Both the position numbers and the translations under genes were made by a program. A stretch of DNA of 64,000 nucleotides from a virus. The first letter of the stretch is position 1. Each line of letters opens with the position of its first letter. Below are positions 8,713-16,612 of this stretch, piece by piece. The DNA lies in IMG/VR virus record IMGVR_UViG_3300044856_000216, positions 96,001 through 160,000 of that record, one strand, 5' to 3'. Under the pieces are notes generated by a model that saw only the letters and a list, made by a program, of their open reading frames with translations, made no database searches and had not been told where the DNA came from.

Positions 8713-9630
8713 AATTGCCTTCTTTCTTGTTACTTTTTTCTTTGTTGCTGTAAATGGGCTTTCCATTTCGTATCGAACAATTTCAGACAGATAATCAAAA
8801 ATCTGTGCCTGTGTTTTGTCCATGATATTTTCAACAAAGTATTCAGTTCCTTTACAATGCTTAATCAATGCTTGTTCCATCTCATCTGTTCTGCCTTCGC
8901 AGTAAGCATATAATGCTTTCAAGGCACGAATAATTTTTGCAGTATATGCTTTTCCGTTGTAAGAATCTGCATAACCATTCCAACCAAGCTTTCCAAGCAG
9001 AGTAAGCATTGAATCAAGAAGTTCAGGATTTGTCTTTGACAACTTTACTCCATCAGAAATAGATGTAAGCGTTCCTACTGTGTTTTCATTATCATCATCT
9101 CCTTTTACTGCAACATTATTTTTGTGACAAATTTCCTGTAATTTCACATAATCTCCCTTACCGCCTGCAATAGCAGCCTTGTAAATATCCATAGGTTGCA
9201 TTTTCGCTCTATCCTGTGACTGGTTAATAAACAAATCAATCGCTTCCTCAAGAGAACATTCCATAATTTCAACAACTACAGAATCCATTTTCGCTTTGAA
9301 AGCTCCATAAATTCTGTGCTGACCATCAATAACCCATAATCTTCCTTTGTAAAATAATACCTTCGGAACATCCCATTTGTACTTGTTATATGCATTACCA
9401 ATTGTATATGCTCTTGTAAGTTTTAATCTTCTCTGCCATTCAGGAATATGGATATACATTGGATCTACTACAAGCTGAAGCTTATCTCCAACCATACTGT
9501 TTCGTTTTGCGTCCTTAATCATCCGTGAAATATAATCAGTTTCCATTTTGCCGGTAAATCCTTCTGCGTTCCGTGCTTCCTGCATTTCCATTTCTGCTTC
9601 TTTTGCTGTTAAATAAACTCTCTTACACAT
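8710..9630 (-). CDS. ParB/sulfiredoxin-fold nuclease-domain protein (DGQHR motif)
   Basis: VIDGQHRIYGA motif. 306 aa. Confidence 0.7.
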   Translation of the reverse strand: MCKRVYLTAKEAEMEMQEARNAEGFTGKMETDYISRMIKDAKRNSMVGDKLQLVVDPMYIHIPEWQRRLKLTRAYTIGNAYNKYKWDVPKVLFYKGRLWVIDGQHRIYGAFKAKMDSVVVEIMECSLEEAIDLFINQSQDRAKMQPMDIYKAAIAGGKGDYVKLQEICHKNNVAVKGDDDNENTVGTLTSISDGVKLSKTNPELLDSMLTLLGKLGWNGYADSYNGKAYTAKIIRALKALYAYCEGRTDEMEQALIKHCKGTEYFVENIMDKTQAQIFDYLSEIVRYEMESPFTATKKKVTRKKAI

Positions 9631-9661
9631 AATTGTGCCTCCTTGATTAATAATTTTTGGT

Positions 9662-9695
9662 ATAAAAATAACGGCTTGCCTTTTGACAAACCGTT
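9662..9695 (-). terminator. intrinsic terminator
   Basis: AACGG(c)TTG...CAA(a)CCGTT stem, followed on the minus strand by ATTTTTATA. Confidence 0.6.
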
Positions 9696-9701
9696 TAGTA
9701 A

Positions 9702-9971
9702 CTAAATTAAAGGCTCATTCAACCCTAACTCTTTGCGGATTTCCGTTGTCCAGTACTTAACATCCTCAAGCTCTTCTCCGTTCTCTATATCTGCGTCAAG
9801 ATTAGTGAGCAAGTACTTGATTGTATTATTTGGCTCACCTTTCTCTTTACTTGACTGGAATTCACACAAGTAATTATATGCATTCTCTGCAATCTCAATT
9901 GGTGCGAAACCGCCTTTCCAATGAGCGTTTGCATAATCAGCTATACAATAGAAATCTTTATAATCTAACAT
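9702..9971 (-). CDS. hypothetical protein
   Basis: ORF track 9702-9980, trimmed to ATG 9971, 9 nt after GGGAGG. Confidence 0.6.
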   Translation of the reverse strand: MLDYKDFYCIADYANAHWKGGFAPIEIAENAYNYLCEFQSSKEKGEPNNTIKYLLTNLDADIENGEELEDVKYWTTEIRKELGLNEPLI

Positions 9972-9972
9972 A

Positions 9973-10116
9973 TTAATCAACCTCCCTTCTACCTGTAATA
10001 GTCAAAGTAAAATTCTGTCTTGCTACTACAGTAATTTTTGTGTAACCTTTTCTTTTCAATGAACGGATTGCCTTCCGCTCGTTGTACATTGGAACGTTGA
10101 ATAGTGTGTAACTCAT
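9973..10116 (-). CDS. 47-aa hypothetical protein
   Basis: Own translation MSYTLFNVPMYNERKAIRSLKRKGYTKITVVARQNF...; ATGA overlap with the upstream gene. Confidence 0.4.
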   Translation of the reverse strand: MSYTLFNVPMYNERKAIRSLKRKGYTKITVVARQNFTLTITGRREVD

Positions 10117-10238
10117 GCTGCATCCTCCTTTAATAATACATATTCAAGATAATCAGTTTCCGTTGCGAATAACTGATATCTACTTTCGCTTTTCAGCCAT
10201 CCCATATAGCCGTTGGGTACAGTGTATCCTTTAATCAT
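10113..10238 (-). CDS. 41-aa hypothetical protein
   Basis: Own translation: GGAGGAAAAA-ATG, MIKGYTVPNGYMGWLKSESRYQLFATETDYLEYVLLKEDAA*. Confidence 0.4.
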   Translation of the reverse strand: MIKGYTVPNGYMGWLKSESRYQLFATETDYLEYVLLKEDAA

Positions 10239-10247
10239 TTTTTCCTC

Positions 10248-10427
10248 CTACAGTAATGCGGATAATATCTCCGCAAAGCTCTTGTGTGGTTTAGTTTTGT
10301 TTCTCTGTTTGCGTTTTGACGCAAGCTCTTCTGCATACTTCATATTTGAGTACGCAATTTCTGCCTCTGGTCTTGTGTCTATAATCTCTGCTCCGTTGTA
10401 AGCACGGTACATAATTGCTTTCTGCAT
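10248..10427 (-). CDS. 59-aa hypothetical protein
   Basis: Internal ATG (10427) of track ORF 10248-10550, preceded by GAGGAGGAACTGTAAA. Confidence 0.45.
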   Translation of the reverse strand: MQKAIMYRAYNGAEIIDTRPEAEIAYSNMKYAEELASKRKQRNKTKPHKSFAEILSALL

Positions 10428-10428
10428 T

Positions 10429-10569
10429 TTACAGTTCCTCCTCTCTTGCTGTGCGTAAAATCCGTGTGATTTCACTTTCAGTTGTTGCGTTTTTGATTTT
10501 GTTAATTGTTGTTTCGCTATAGCAAAGCTGTTTAGCAATGCGGATAGCATTATATTTTATTGCGCCCAT
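10429..10569 (-). CDS. 46-aa HTH-like mini-protein
   Basis: Own translation MGAIKYNAIRIAKQLCYSETTINKIKNATTESEITRILRTAREEEL*. Its ATG is the last 3 nt of a GAGAATAAATAAATG motif copy. Confidence 0.4.
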   Translation of the reverse strand: MGAIKYNAIRIAKQLCYSETTINKIKNATTESEITRILRTAREEEL

Positions 10570-10584
10570 TTATTTATTCTCCCT
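10567..10584 (-). promoter_or_regulatory. GAGAATAA motif copy (minus strand), here acting as SD plus spacer for the ATG at 10569
   Basis: rc reads AGGGAGAATAAATAAATG. Confidence 0.4.
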
Positions 10585-11077
10585 TCTGTACGTAATCAAA
10601 TCTTTCAATTACATCATCTGTGTAATTTGTCTCTGGATTGTAAATTAGATATGTTATTATTGTGTTTCCCTTCGTGCAGTCAACACTTTCATATGAGATA
10701 TAGCTTTCGTCCTCAAGACTTCCGTTTTTCTCATCGTCTATGACTGTTCCAATGCATTTTTCTATGATTAATTTGCCTTGTCTATTAGCAAGGATATCTT
10801 CTGTAAGTTCAGAAGAGTCATAGACTTGGCAGATATTATTCTGTGTTTCTGTTTTGCTTGGGATTACATTTGGCTCAAAATCGTAACTATCAGTTGATGT
10901 GTTGATAGTCAGTTTATTTTTGCTTGTATAGTAATCAATTGATTTGATATCAGCGAGTGACATATATTGTTTTGCGTTTGGCTCAACTATTTTCTGTGTA
11001 GACATTGTTTTGCCTATTAAAAAAGCACTCATTACGAGTGCTGATGTGATAAATGTGTATGCTATTTTGCGTTTCAT
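10574..11077 (-). CDS. membrane-anchored or secreted protein
   Basis: ORF track trimmed to MKRKIAYTFITSALVMSAFLIGK... (basic N-terminus plus hydrophobic helix) after AGGAGGTAAACGCAAA. Confidence 0.6.
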   Translation of the reverse strand: MKRKIAYTFITSALVMSAFLIGKTMSTQKIVEPNAKQYMSLADIKSIDYYTSKNKLTINTSTDSYDFEPNVIPSKTETQNNICQVYDSSELTEDILANRQGKLIIEKCIGTVIDDEKNGSLEDESYISYESVDCTKGNTIITYLIYNPETNYTDDVIERFDYVQKGE

Positions 11078-11100
11078 TTTGCGTTTACCTCCTTTTGGGC

Positions 11101-11129
11101 ATAAAAATAGCACCCGGAAATTGGGTGCT
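11101..11129 (-). terminator. intrinsic terminator
   Basis: AGCACCC-GGAAATT-GGGTGCT hairpin, followed on the minus strand by ATTTTTAT. Confidence 0.65.
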
Positions 11130-11159
11130 TGGTGGGTGCGTTGGTTATATTTGACGCAG

Positions 11160-11462
11160 TTACATTGTTTTTAATTTCGCTTGAAGTTCTGCTATTTGGG
11201 CCTGGACTTCTTGCTTTGCCTGCTGCTTCTCTATATAATTACTATCTGGGATGAATTCCATTATCTCATCAGGCATACATTGAAAATAATCGCAAATACG
11301 ACAAATAATTTCTAATGTTACAGATTCATTATTAATTAATTTTTGCATAGTACCACCACCAATATTGGCAGCTATTTTAAATTCTTTTTGTGTTAAATTA
11401 TTTTCTTTTAGCTTATTAAAAAGCCTAGTATATTCAATACGCATTTTCTTATATGCCTCCAT
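11160..11462 (-). CDS. XRE-family helix-turn-helix regulator with C-terminal coiled coil
   Basis: ...LTQKEFKIAANIGGGTMQKLINNESVTLEIICRICDYFQCMPDEIMEF..., typical of the Cro/CI HTH_3 fold. Confidence 0.8.
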   Translation of the reverse strand: MEAYKKMRIEYTRLFNKLKENNLTQKEFKIAANIGGGTMQKLINNESVTLEIICRICDYFQCMPDEIMEFIPDSNYIEKQQAKQEVQAQIAELQAKLKTM

Positions 11463-11543
11463 CAGTTATTCACCTCCTATAATAGCATATAATTTCGCTT
11501 TTGTAAAAGGGCAAAGTTGTCCCTTGCCCTTAATTTCCGTAGA

Positions 11544-11804
11544 CTATTTAACCCCAAAACTTTTTAATGTCTGAGGTTCAAGAGTGGCAACCATATAATA
11601 AAACAATGCATTCAGATATAATTCATCATCTTTTGCTATATGTTCCCAATTTTCCCTTGTTTCTTCTGCGGTTGCTTTCAGACCACCGCCATATTTTTGC
11701 CAAATAGTATCTCTGCTACCTACAGACATATCACGCAAATGGTTATCCATTTGACGCAAAGACTCCATCCGTTGAGCGGTGTTCCAATCGTTAATTTTGA
11801 GCAT
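11544..11804 (-). CDS. hypothetical protein
   Basis: ORF track 11544-11834, trimmed to ATG 11804 after AAGGAGGG. Confidence 0.55.
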   Translation of the reverse strand: MLKINDWNTAQRMESLRQMDNHLRDMSVGSRDTIWQKYGGGLKATAEETRENWEHIAKDDELYLNALFYYMVATLEPQTLKSFGVK

Positions 11805-11958
11805 AGTAATGCCCTCCTTTTGTTTTTTAGGCACACTGTACCTATCTACAATGTTACCATAAAATCAGCCTCCTTTTCAATTTCCGTTTCGCTACTGCTC
11901 ATCGGTTACGGACTCACACCGTAAGACGGAAGGCAGAACTTAATCTGCCTTTATATAA

Positions 11959-12204
11959 TTATCCAAAACATAATGTTATTTTGCGTTCTGTATAAGTACG
12001 CAACTCATTATTCCAGACTGTGCCTTCTGTATGCGAATATGTGCATGGCAAACCCTCATATTTTAAATCCGCAAGACATATATCTTTTAATTTTTTATTA
12101 GGCAATTCTATTCCTAGATCTGCCTTTATAAGTTGAGATATTATATCTTTTGCCTTATAGTTACCTTCTGCATCTGAATGAATTGTTGTTTGCATATTAA
12201 GCAT
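11959..12204 (-). CDS. hypothetical protein
   Basis: ORF track. ATG follows GGAGGT. Confidence 0.55.
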   Translation of the reverse strand: MLNMQTTIHSDAEGNYKAKDIISQLIKADLGIELPNKKLKDICLADLKYEGLPCTYSHTEGTVWNNELRTYTERKITLCFG

Positions 12205-12206
12205 GA

Positions 12207-12368
12207 TTATACCTCCTGCAAATCTAATTTAATCATGTCTATAACTACAGTTCCCTTATATTTCAAAGGTTCATTATAAAAGGCATTCCAACCCTCTTTG
12301 ATTTTTTCAAGCTGTTTTTGAGACAGCCACATGTCAAGCATGTTTTCTATTAAAGCCTGATTATTCAT
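12207..12368 (-). CDS. hypothetical protein
   Basis: ORF track 12207-12398, trimmed to ATG 12368 after AAGGAGG. Confidence 0.5.
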   Translation of the reverse strand: MNNQALIENMLDMWLSQKQLEKIKEGWNAFYNEPLKYKGTVVIDMIKLDLQEV

Positions 12369-12382
12369 GACGTAAGTCCTCC

Positions 12383-12565
12383 TTAATCTCTGAAACACTC
12401 TTCAAAGTCGCAAAGTGCCATTTCCCTATAAATTCCAGACGCACCGCCAAAAGTTCGTGCATATAAAAGCGCAAACTTATTTCGTGCATACTCTTTTGAA
12501 AATACGCCTATATTATAGGCAAGTCGAATAGAATATAATTCTTGTGAAAATTTGTCTTTCATCAT
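12383..12565 (-). CDS. hypothetical protein
   Basis: ORF track. Confidence 0.5.
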   Translation of the reverse strand: MMKDKFSQELYSIRLAYNIGVFSKEYARNKFALLYARTFGGASGIYREMALCDFEECFRD

Positions 12566-12576
12566 ACTATTTCCCC

Positions 12577-13062
12577 TTAATCTCTAATATTTGAGGCAGT
12601 CCAGCCAGCGTTGCCTTTTCCGTACCAATGAGCCTCTTCAGTTACCTCGTTCCACTCAAGCGGATTATTAATCTGATGTGTGTTAATCCGTGAGCCAGTT
12701 CCTTTTTTATGCAAAGCATATGTTTTCATCATGCTTTTACAACTATCAAAGGACAGATTTTCCCTTTGAACCGTAGGAATATAGCCTAGCTTTTCACACG
12801 CAGACTTTACCCACTTATAAATCGGATGGTCTGCATTTACAAGCACATCTTGCCAATATCCGCAGAAAATATGGACTGGCAATTTACCATTGAAAAGCGC
12901 AAAATCATCGCATACCCAGAAAACACGCTTTTCGTTTTCGTTGGTGTATCTACCGTAGATTGCACCTGGTAACACCTTAAAATCGCAAGGCAGATTTGTA
13001 ACAGTTCCCTTACATAAACGCACATAAAATTTTGGTGCGTGTACGTGGTTATTTTTTGGCAT
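12577..13062 (-). CDS. hypothetical protein
   Basis: ORF track, 161 aa. Confidence 0.65.
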   Translation of the reverse strand: MPKNNHVHAPKFYVRLCKGTVTNLPCDFKVLPGAIYGRYTNENEKRVFWVCDDFALFNGKLPVHIFCGYWQDVLVNADHPIYKWVKSACEKLGYIPTVQRENLSFDSCKSMMKTYALHKKGTGSRINTHQINNPLEWNEVTEEAHWYGKGNAGWTASNIRD

Positions 13063-13110
13063 GGTTTCACCCCCCTAAAATTAGGCGCACTTGTAGTGCG
13101 ATTTTTGAAA

Positions 13111-13163
13111 TAGGCAGGCAGGGAATCGAACCCTGCTCACCTAGCACTTGCGTACTACTACCT
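13111..13163 (-). ncRNA. 53-nt tRNA-like mini-element (acceptor stem plus T-arm, no D-arm; GCAA-tetraloop hairpin in place of the anticodon arm)
   Basis: rc: AGGTAGT-AGTAC(GCAA)GTGCT-AGGTGAG-CAGGG-TTCGATT-CCCTG-CCTGCCT-A. The T-arm is canonical. The acceptor pairs 6 of 7 (one G.U, one mismatch). Confidence 0.4.
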
Positions 13164-13166
13164 AGA

Positions 13167-13988
13167 TTATTTTGCAGCCTTTTTGTCCTCAGACTTTACT
13201 TCAGGCTTGATAACCTCATGGTATTTCTCATTCGCAAGGACAACCGAACACAAGTCGGTAATACTTGCTACTTGCTGAGCTTTAGTCAGATTAAGGTTGT
13301 AGTTATACGGCTCATAATTCACCGTTTTATTACCTAAATCATCCTTGCCAGTCTTAATCTTTCTACTAGCGTTACCGCCAAAAGAAGCGACAAAATGATG
13401 TAATAACCACTCATCAATAAATGAACGCTTGCAAGTAACTGGATAGAAATACTTACAATCCTCATTGTTAAAAATCTCAACAATCAACGGACGGAGATAC
13501 TCTTTGAATTGTTTAAGCCCTGAACCTTTTGTGTAAAATGTTTTGATAGCATCAGCAATTTTCTTTGCTCTTTCATCTGAAAGAAAATCAGAATTAAAAG
13601 CTATAATATCAATAGATTTATAAATCTGGTGCGCTAATAAATTGATGTGAATACGGTCTGTCAGTGGTAAAGCGGTCACTGTATCAAGTGACATGCAAGC
13701 CTCTACTTCCTTGCGGAGATCTACGACATTGTCCCGCTTAGAGATAAAGTCCCCTGCATCTACTCCGAGCTTCTCAACGACAACCCCAACCTCAGCGGTC
13801 AAAGCATCTACACCGACAGCTACGCTCTCAAACTTTTCGCGTAAGTCTTTAAAAGCCTTCTCAGCCTTTGCAAGCTCAGCATGACGAACGACAGTTTTTA
13901 CTGCATCCATAACCAAAAAGTTGTTCTTTTTGCAAGCATCGAGATTGATTGCATCGCTTGTGATTGTAAATAATTCAGATTTTAACAT
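13167..13988 (-). CDS. hypothetical protein, visibly higher G+C than its neighbours
   Basis: ORF track 13167-14003, trimmed to the second ATG (13988) after GGAAGGA. First gene of the leftward block. Confidence 0.7.
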   Translation of the reverse strand: MLKSELFTITSDAINLDACKKNNFLVMDAVKTVVRHAELAKAEKAFKDLREKFESVAVGVDALTAEVGVVVEKLGVDAGDFISKRDNVVDLRKEVEACMSLDTVTALPLTDRIHINLLAHQIYKSIDIIAFNSDFLSDERAKKIADAIKTFYTKGSGLKQFKEYLRPLIVEIFNNEDCKYFYPVTCKRSFIDEWLLHHFVASFGGNASRKIKTGKDDLGNKTVNYEPYNYNLNLTKAQQVASITDLCSVVLANEKYHEVIKPEVKSEDKKAAK

Positions 13989-14078
13989 AAATAGTCCTTC
14001 CATCCTAGTTTTAACGTGGGGACATCCACGAAAATTTAATAGTTTTCAATGATTTTTTGCTGGAATAATTCCAGCGAC

Positions 14079-14143
14079 TGCGCTATAATGGAATTGAACC
14101 ACTACAAAAGATTTTATAAAAATCCAATGGTGCCAACTAGCGC
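14079..14143 (-). ncRNA. 65-nt tRNA-like element / degenerate tRNA (anticodon loop TTTATAA = UAU, D-arm missing)
   Basis: rc: GCGCTAG-TT-GGCACCATT-GGATT-TTTATAA-AATCT-TTTGT-AGTGG-TTCAATT-CCATT-ATAGCGC-A. T-arm and anticodon arm are good, but only 9 nt sit where a D-arm should be. Confidence 0.4.
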
Positions 14144-14364
14144 ACTATTCACCGACTAAGGTTACTTATATTTTTTTAAACCGATTGAAGTAAAACAAGT
14201 TTTCGGAGCTTTTAAAACTTGAGTTTTTCGCACTAGCTCATACGGATATAAGCTATTTTGTAAACCAGTATAAAACCAAAACCTAACAACTAAATGTTTT
14301 TTACTGGCTTGTATGTAAAATCTATACGAATACAGATTATAGAAAAGTTGTGCTATGTATTGGT

Positions 14365-14456
14365 ACTTGCTAACGGATATATGCTATATATACATTAGCT
14401 TGCACCCCGTCAAATATGTTTAGGTAAAATTAGTTCATGCCCCTGAACTTGCTAAC
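14365..14456 (+). repeat. direct repeat ACTTGCTAAC x2 (14365-14374, 14447-14456)
   Basis: Identical 10-mers 82 bp apart in ORF-free DNA. CTTGCTA recurs at 14701 and, inverted, at 14713. Confidence 0.5.
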
Positions 14457-14700
14457 TACATCTCATGCAATAGCTGTCTGCAATGTTATTATATAGGTTT
14501 ACCAAGGTTTACACCTACAATTCTATTAGTACCATTCTACCATTCTACGGTGGTACTAAGACAGTTAAGTTCGCTGTCGTGGCTTTAGTCTATATAACCG
14601 TTTTGACATACGTTTTAAATACGTCTATTCCGTCATCTGCTGTGCGGTGCTTTGCTCGTGTGGTCTATGACCTTTTTATTATAGCTAAGCAAATAGCTAT

Positions 14701-14719
14701 CTTGCTATCATGTAGCAAG
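14701..14719. promoter_or_regulatory. perfect 7-bp inverted repeat CTTGCTA-n5-TAGCAAG
   Basis: Read directly from the sequence. Operator-like. Confidence 0.4.
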
Positions 14720-14900
14720 TGGTACTTTATTAACTTGTCAATCACTACTGAATGAAGTAGTAATTAGGTTTCCGACACCCTTAACGTATGGACTTATAAA
14801 AGGGGTTTTGCCCCTTGCCCTTTCGGACAAGTCAATAATAATACAAATTTTGGGATTTTGCAATACATTTTTTAGGATTTTTATTATTTTGTTAAAATTG

Positions 14901-14922
14901 TATAGTTTTGGTATAGTTTTGG
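14901..14922 (+). repeat. tandem repeat TATAGTTTTGG x2
   Basis: Read directly from the sequence. An inverted copy, AAACTATACC, lies at 15024-15033. Confidence 0.6.
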
Positions 14923-14930
14923 TGTGTGTT

Positions 14931-14949
14931 ATTGTGAATTATTCACAAT
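14931..14949. promoter_or_regulatory. perfect 9-bp inverted repeat ATTGTGAAT-t-ATTCACAAT
   Basis: Read directly from the sequence. Abuts the DnaA-box cluster. Confidence 0.5.
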
Positions 14950-14950
14950 T

Positions 14951-15011
14951 TGTTGATAACTATGTGGATAAGTTTTAGTTGATTGTTGATAACTTATAAA
15001 AATGTGGATAA
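14951..15011 (-). promoter_or_regulatory. cluster of four co-oriented DnaA boxes (2 perfect, 2 one-mismatch)
   Basis: TGTGGATAA (rc TTATCCACA) at 14963-14971 and 15003-15011. TGTTGATAA at 14951-14959 and 14984-14992. Confidence 0.65.
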
Positions 15012-15200
15012 CTAACGATAACGAAACTATACCAGATAATAATATCAATATTATCTAACATAGTTTTTAAAACTATATATAATGGTTTTATAGTTCTAAA
15101 AAAATGACTAATATATATCTATTAACCATTCTTTTTTGCCTAACCGGGGGTAGTTAAAACTAACTAATAAGGTTGGAAATGCAGCAAGCCCTATAGCTGA

Positions 15201-15520
15201 TTCATCTACACACCAACTCAAAAATCCATCCTTTCCAATCCTCAAAATCCCCAACAAAATCAAGCAAAATCCCAATCCCCCTCCCTCAAACCACTTATCG
15301 CACCTCATATCGTCAAATCCCACTAAAATCAAGCATTTTCCCAGCTTCACAACTCAAAAATCAAACCCTCATCCCACCAAAAATCCACCCACAATTCCAA
15401 AATCTTCCTTATTTATAGGCACTTTTACCGATAACGTTTTTTCACCTCAAAATCGCCCAAATCATCTCTCACCACACTCCCTATACAGGGGGTACTCAAA
15501 AACTACACACAAAATCACTC
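15201..15520 (+). repeat. G-depleted C/A-rich tract with at least 10 CAAAA(A)TC repeats
   Basis: By my count, only 10 G in 15201-15480. Repeat copies start near 15219, 15243, 15255, 15265, 15324, 15355, 15378, 15398, 15448 and 15510. Confidence 0.7.
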
Positions 15521-15523
15521 CAA

Positions 15524-15541
15524 TAAGAGAATAACTATATA
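15524..15541 (+). promoter_or_regulatory. GAGAATAA motif copy
   Basis: ATAAGAGAATAACTATATAA, 55 nt upstream of ATG 15582. Confidence 0.5.
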
Positions 15542-15581
15542 ACCAATACAAAAAATAATTATTCAACTTAAAGGAGAAAAC

Positions 15582-16565
15582 ATGAATACATATTTAATAC
15601 CAACAACAGCAGCTTATTGCTATGAACCTTATGATCATATCTATCTTGTATATGCCAACACCTCACTAGAAGCATATAGAAAAGCACAAACAGAATTACA
15701 AGGTAAATACATACCACTAAAATTGCCATTTTATATTTATGAATCATACCCATTTGAATTATATAAACCAGATGACACTGCTACTTTCCCATTTCCAGAA
15801 TCTCAAAAATATGATATACTTACAGAGGCGTTTAAAAATACAAAAGGAGCTGAGCATATGGGACATTTTAATGTAAACTGGAATGAATATACTGAACTTT
15901 TATCTAAAAAAGCAGATAAAGAAATTTGGTCAAATCCGACTTATCCTAATAATGGTATATTAACTAATTATCTAGTTCATACCTATAAACGTCTTAGAAC
16001 AGAAAGACAAATTATAAGAAAAGATAATTATGCTTTATTTAATACAGGACTCTTTACCAAATATTATGAATCAATATATGCATATTCTGACCAGGAGTAT
16101 AATGTATCATTTCTTACTGGACATGAATTAAATCAACATGGAATATCTGAACGTCCACAAAAAGCCAATTATTTTGAAGATCCTTCTCTTCTATTGTTTG
16201 ATTGGCATTACCCAATAGATATACATTTCAAGCATATTTTGGAAGATGAAAAGAATAAAGAAAGATTACCAAAAGGATTTTTAGAAAAAGAAAATAAAAT
16301 GTGTATCTTAACAGGCGCAGTTGAATTAATGAAACGTAGAGTCTCAGCAAATTATAAATTAGCAATTCCACAATGTTACGAAGATAAAATCCAATTATTA
16401 CTTCCATTATGTTTAGATACAGATGAAGGTAAACCAGATCTTGCATTGGCGGTTACAAAATTAGATAATTGTTATCAAGGATATACTTGTTTAACGCTTG
16501 ATATGGCATATAACAATGCTCGTCTCATAGCTAAACCAGAATCAAGTTGGCTATATTCTAAATAA
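15582..16565 (+). CDS. conserved hypothetical protein (C-terminal half resembles a DUF3825-type domain)
   Basis: AAAGGAG-5 nt-ATG; 327 aa. The ...ALFNTGLFT...AIPQCYEDKIQLLLPLCL...LTLDMAYNNARLIAKP pattern is recalled from that family; not searched. Confidence 0.7.
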   Translation: MNTYLIPTTAAYCYEPYDHIYLVYANTSLEAYRKAQTELQGKYIPLKLPFYIYESYPFELYKPDDTATFPFPESQKYDILTEAFKNTKGAEHMGHFNVNWNEYTELLSKKADKEIWSNPTYPNNGILTNYLVHTYKRLRTERQIIRKDNYALFNTGLFTKYYESIYAYSDQEYNVSFLTGHELNQHGISERPQKANYFEDPSLLLFDWHYPIDIHFKHILEDEKNKERLPKGFLEKENKMCILTGAVELMKRRVSANYKLAIPQCYEDKIQLLLPLCLDTDEGKPDLALAVTKLDNCYQGYTCLTLDMAYNNARLIAKPESSWLYSK

Positions 16566-16577
16566 AAATTAACATTT

Positions 16578-16612
16578 AAGACAGATTAATTACTTAGTCT
16601 GTCTTATTTTTA
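16578..16612 (+). terminator. intrinsic terminator
   Basis: AAGACAGA...TCTGTCTT stem followed by ATTTTTAT. Confidence 0.7.

Noticed and set aside
15108-15350. 80-aa minus-strand ORF in the control region.
   Set aside because: It lies on the G-rich complement of the G-depleted CAAAATC tract. The Gly/Leu-rich translation is a composition artefact, and there is no SD.
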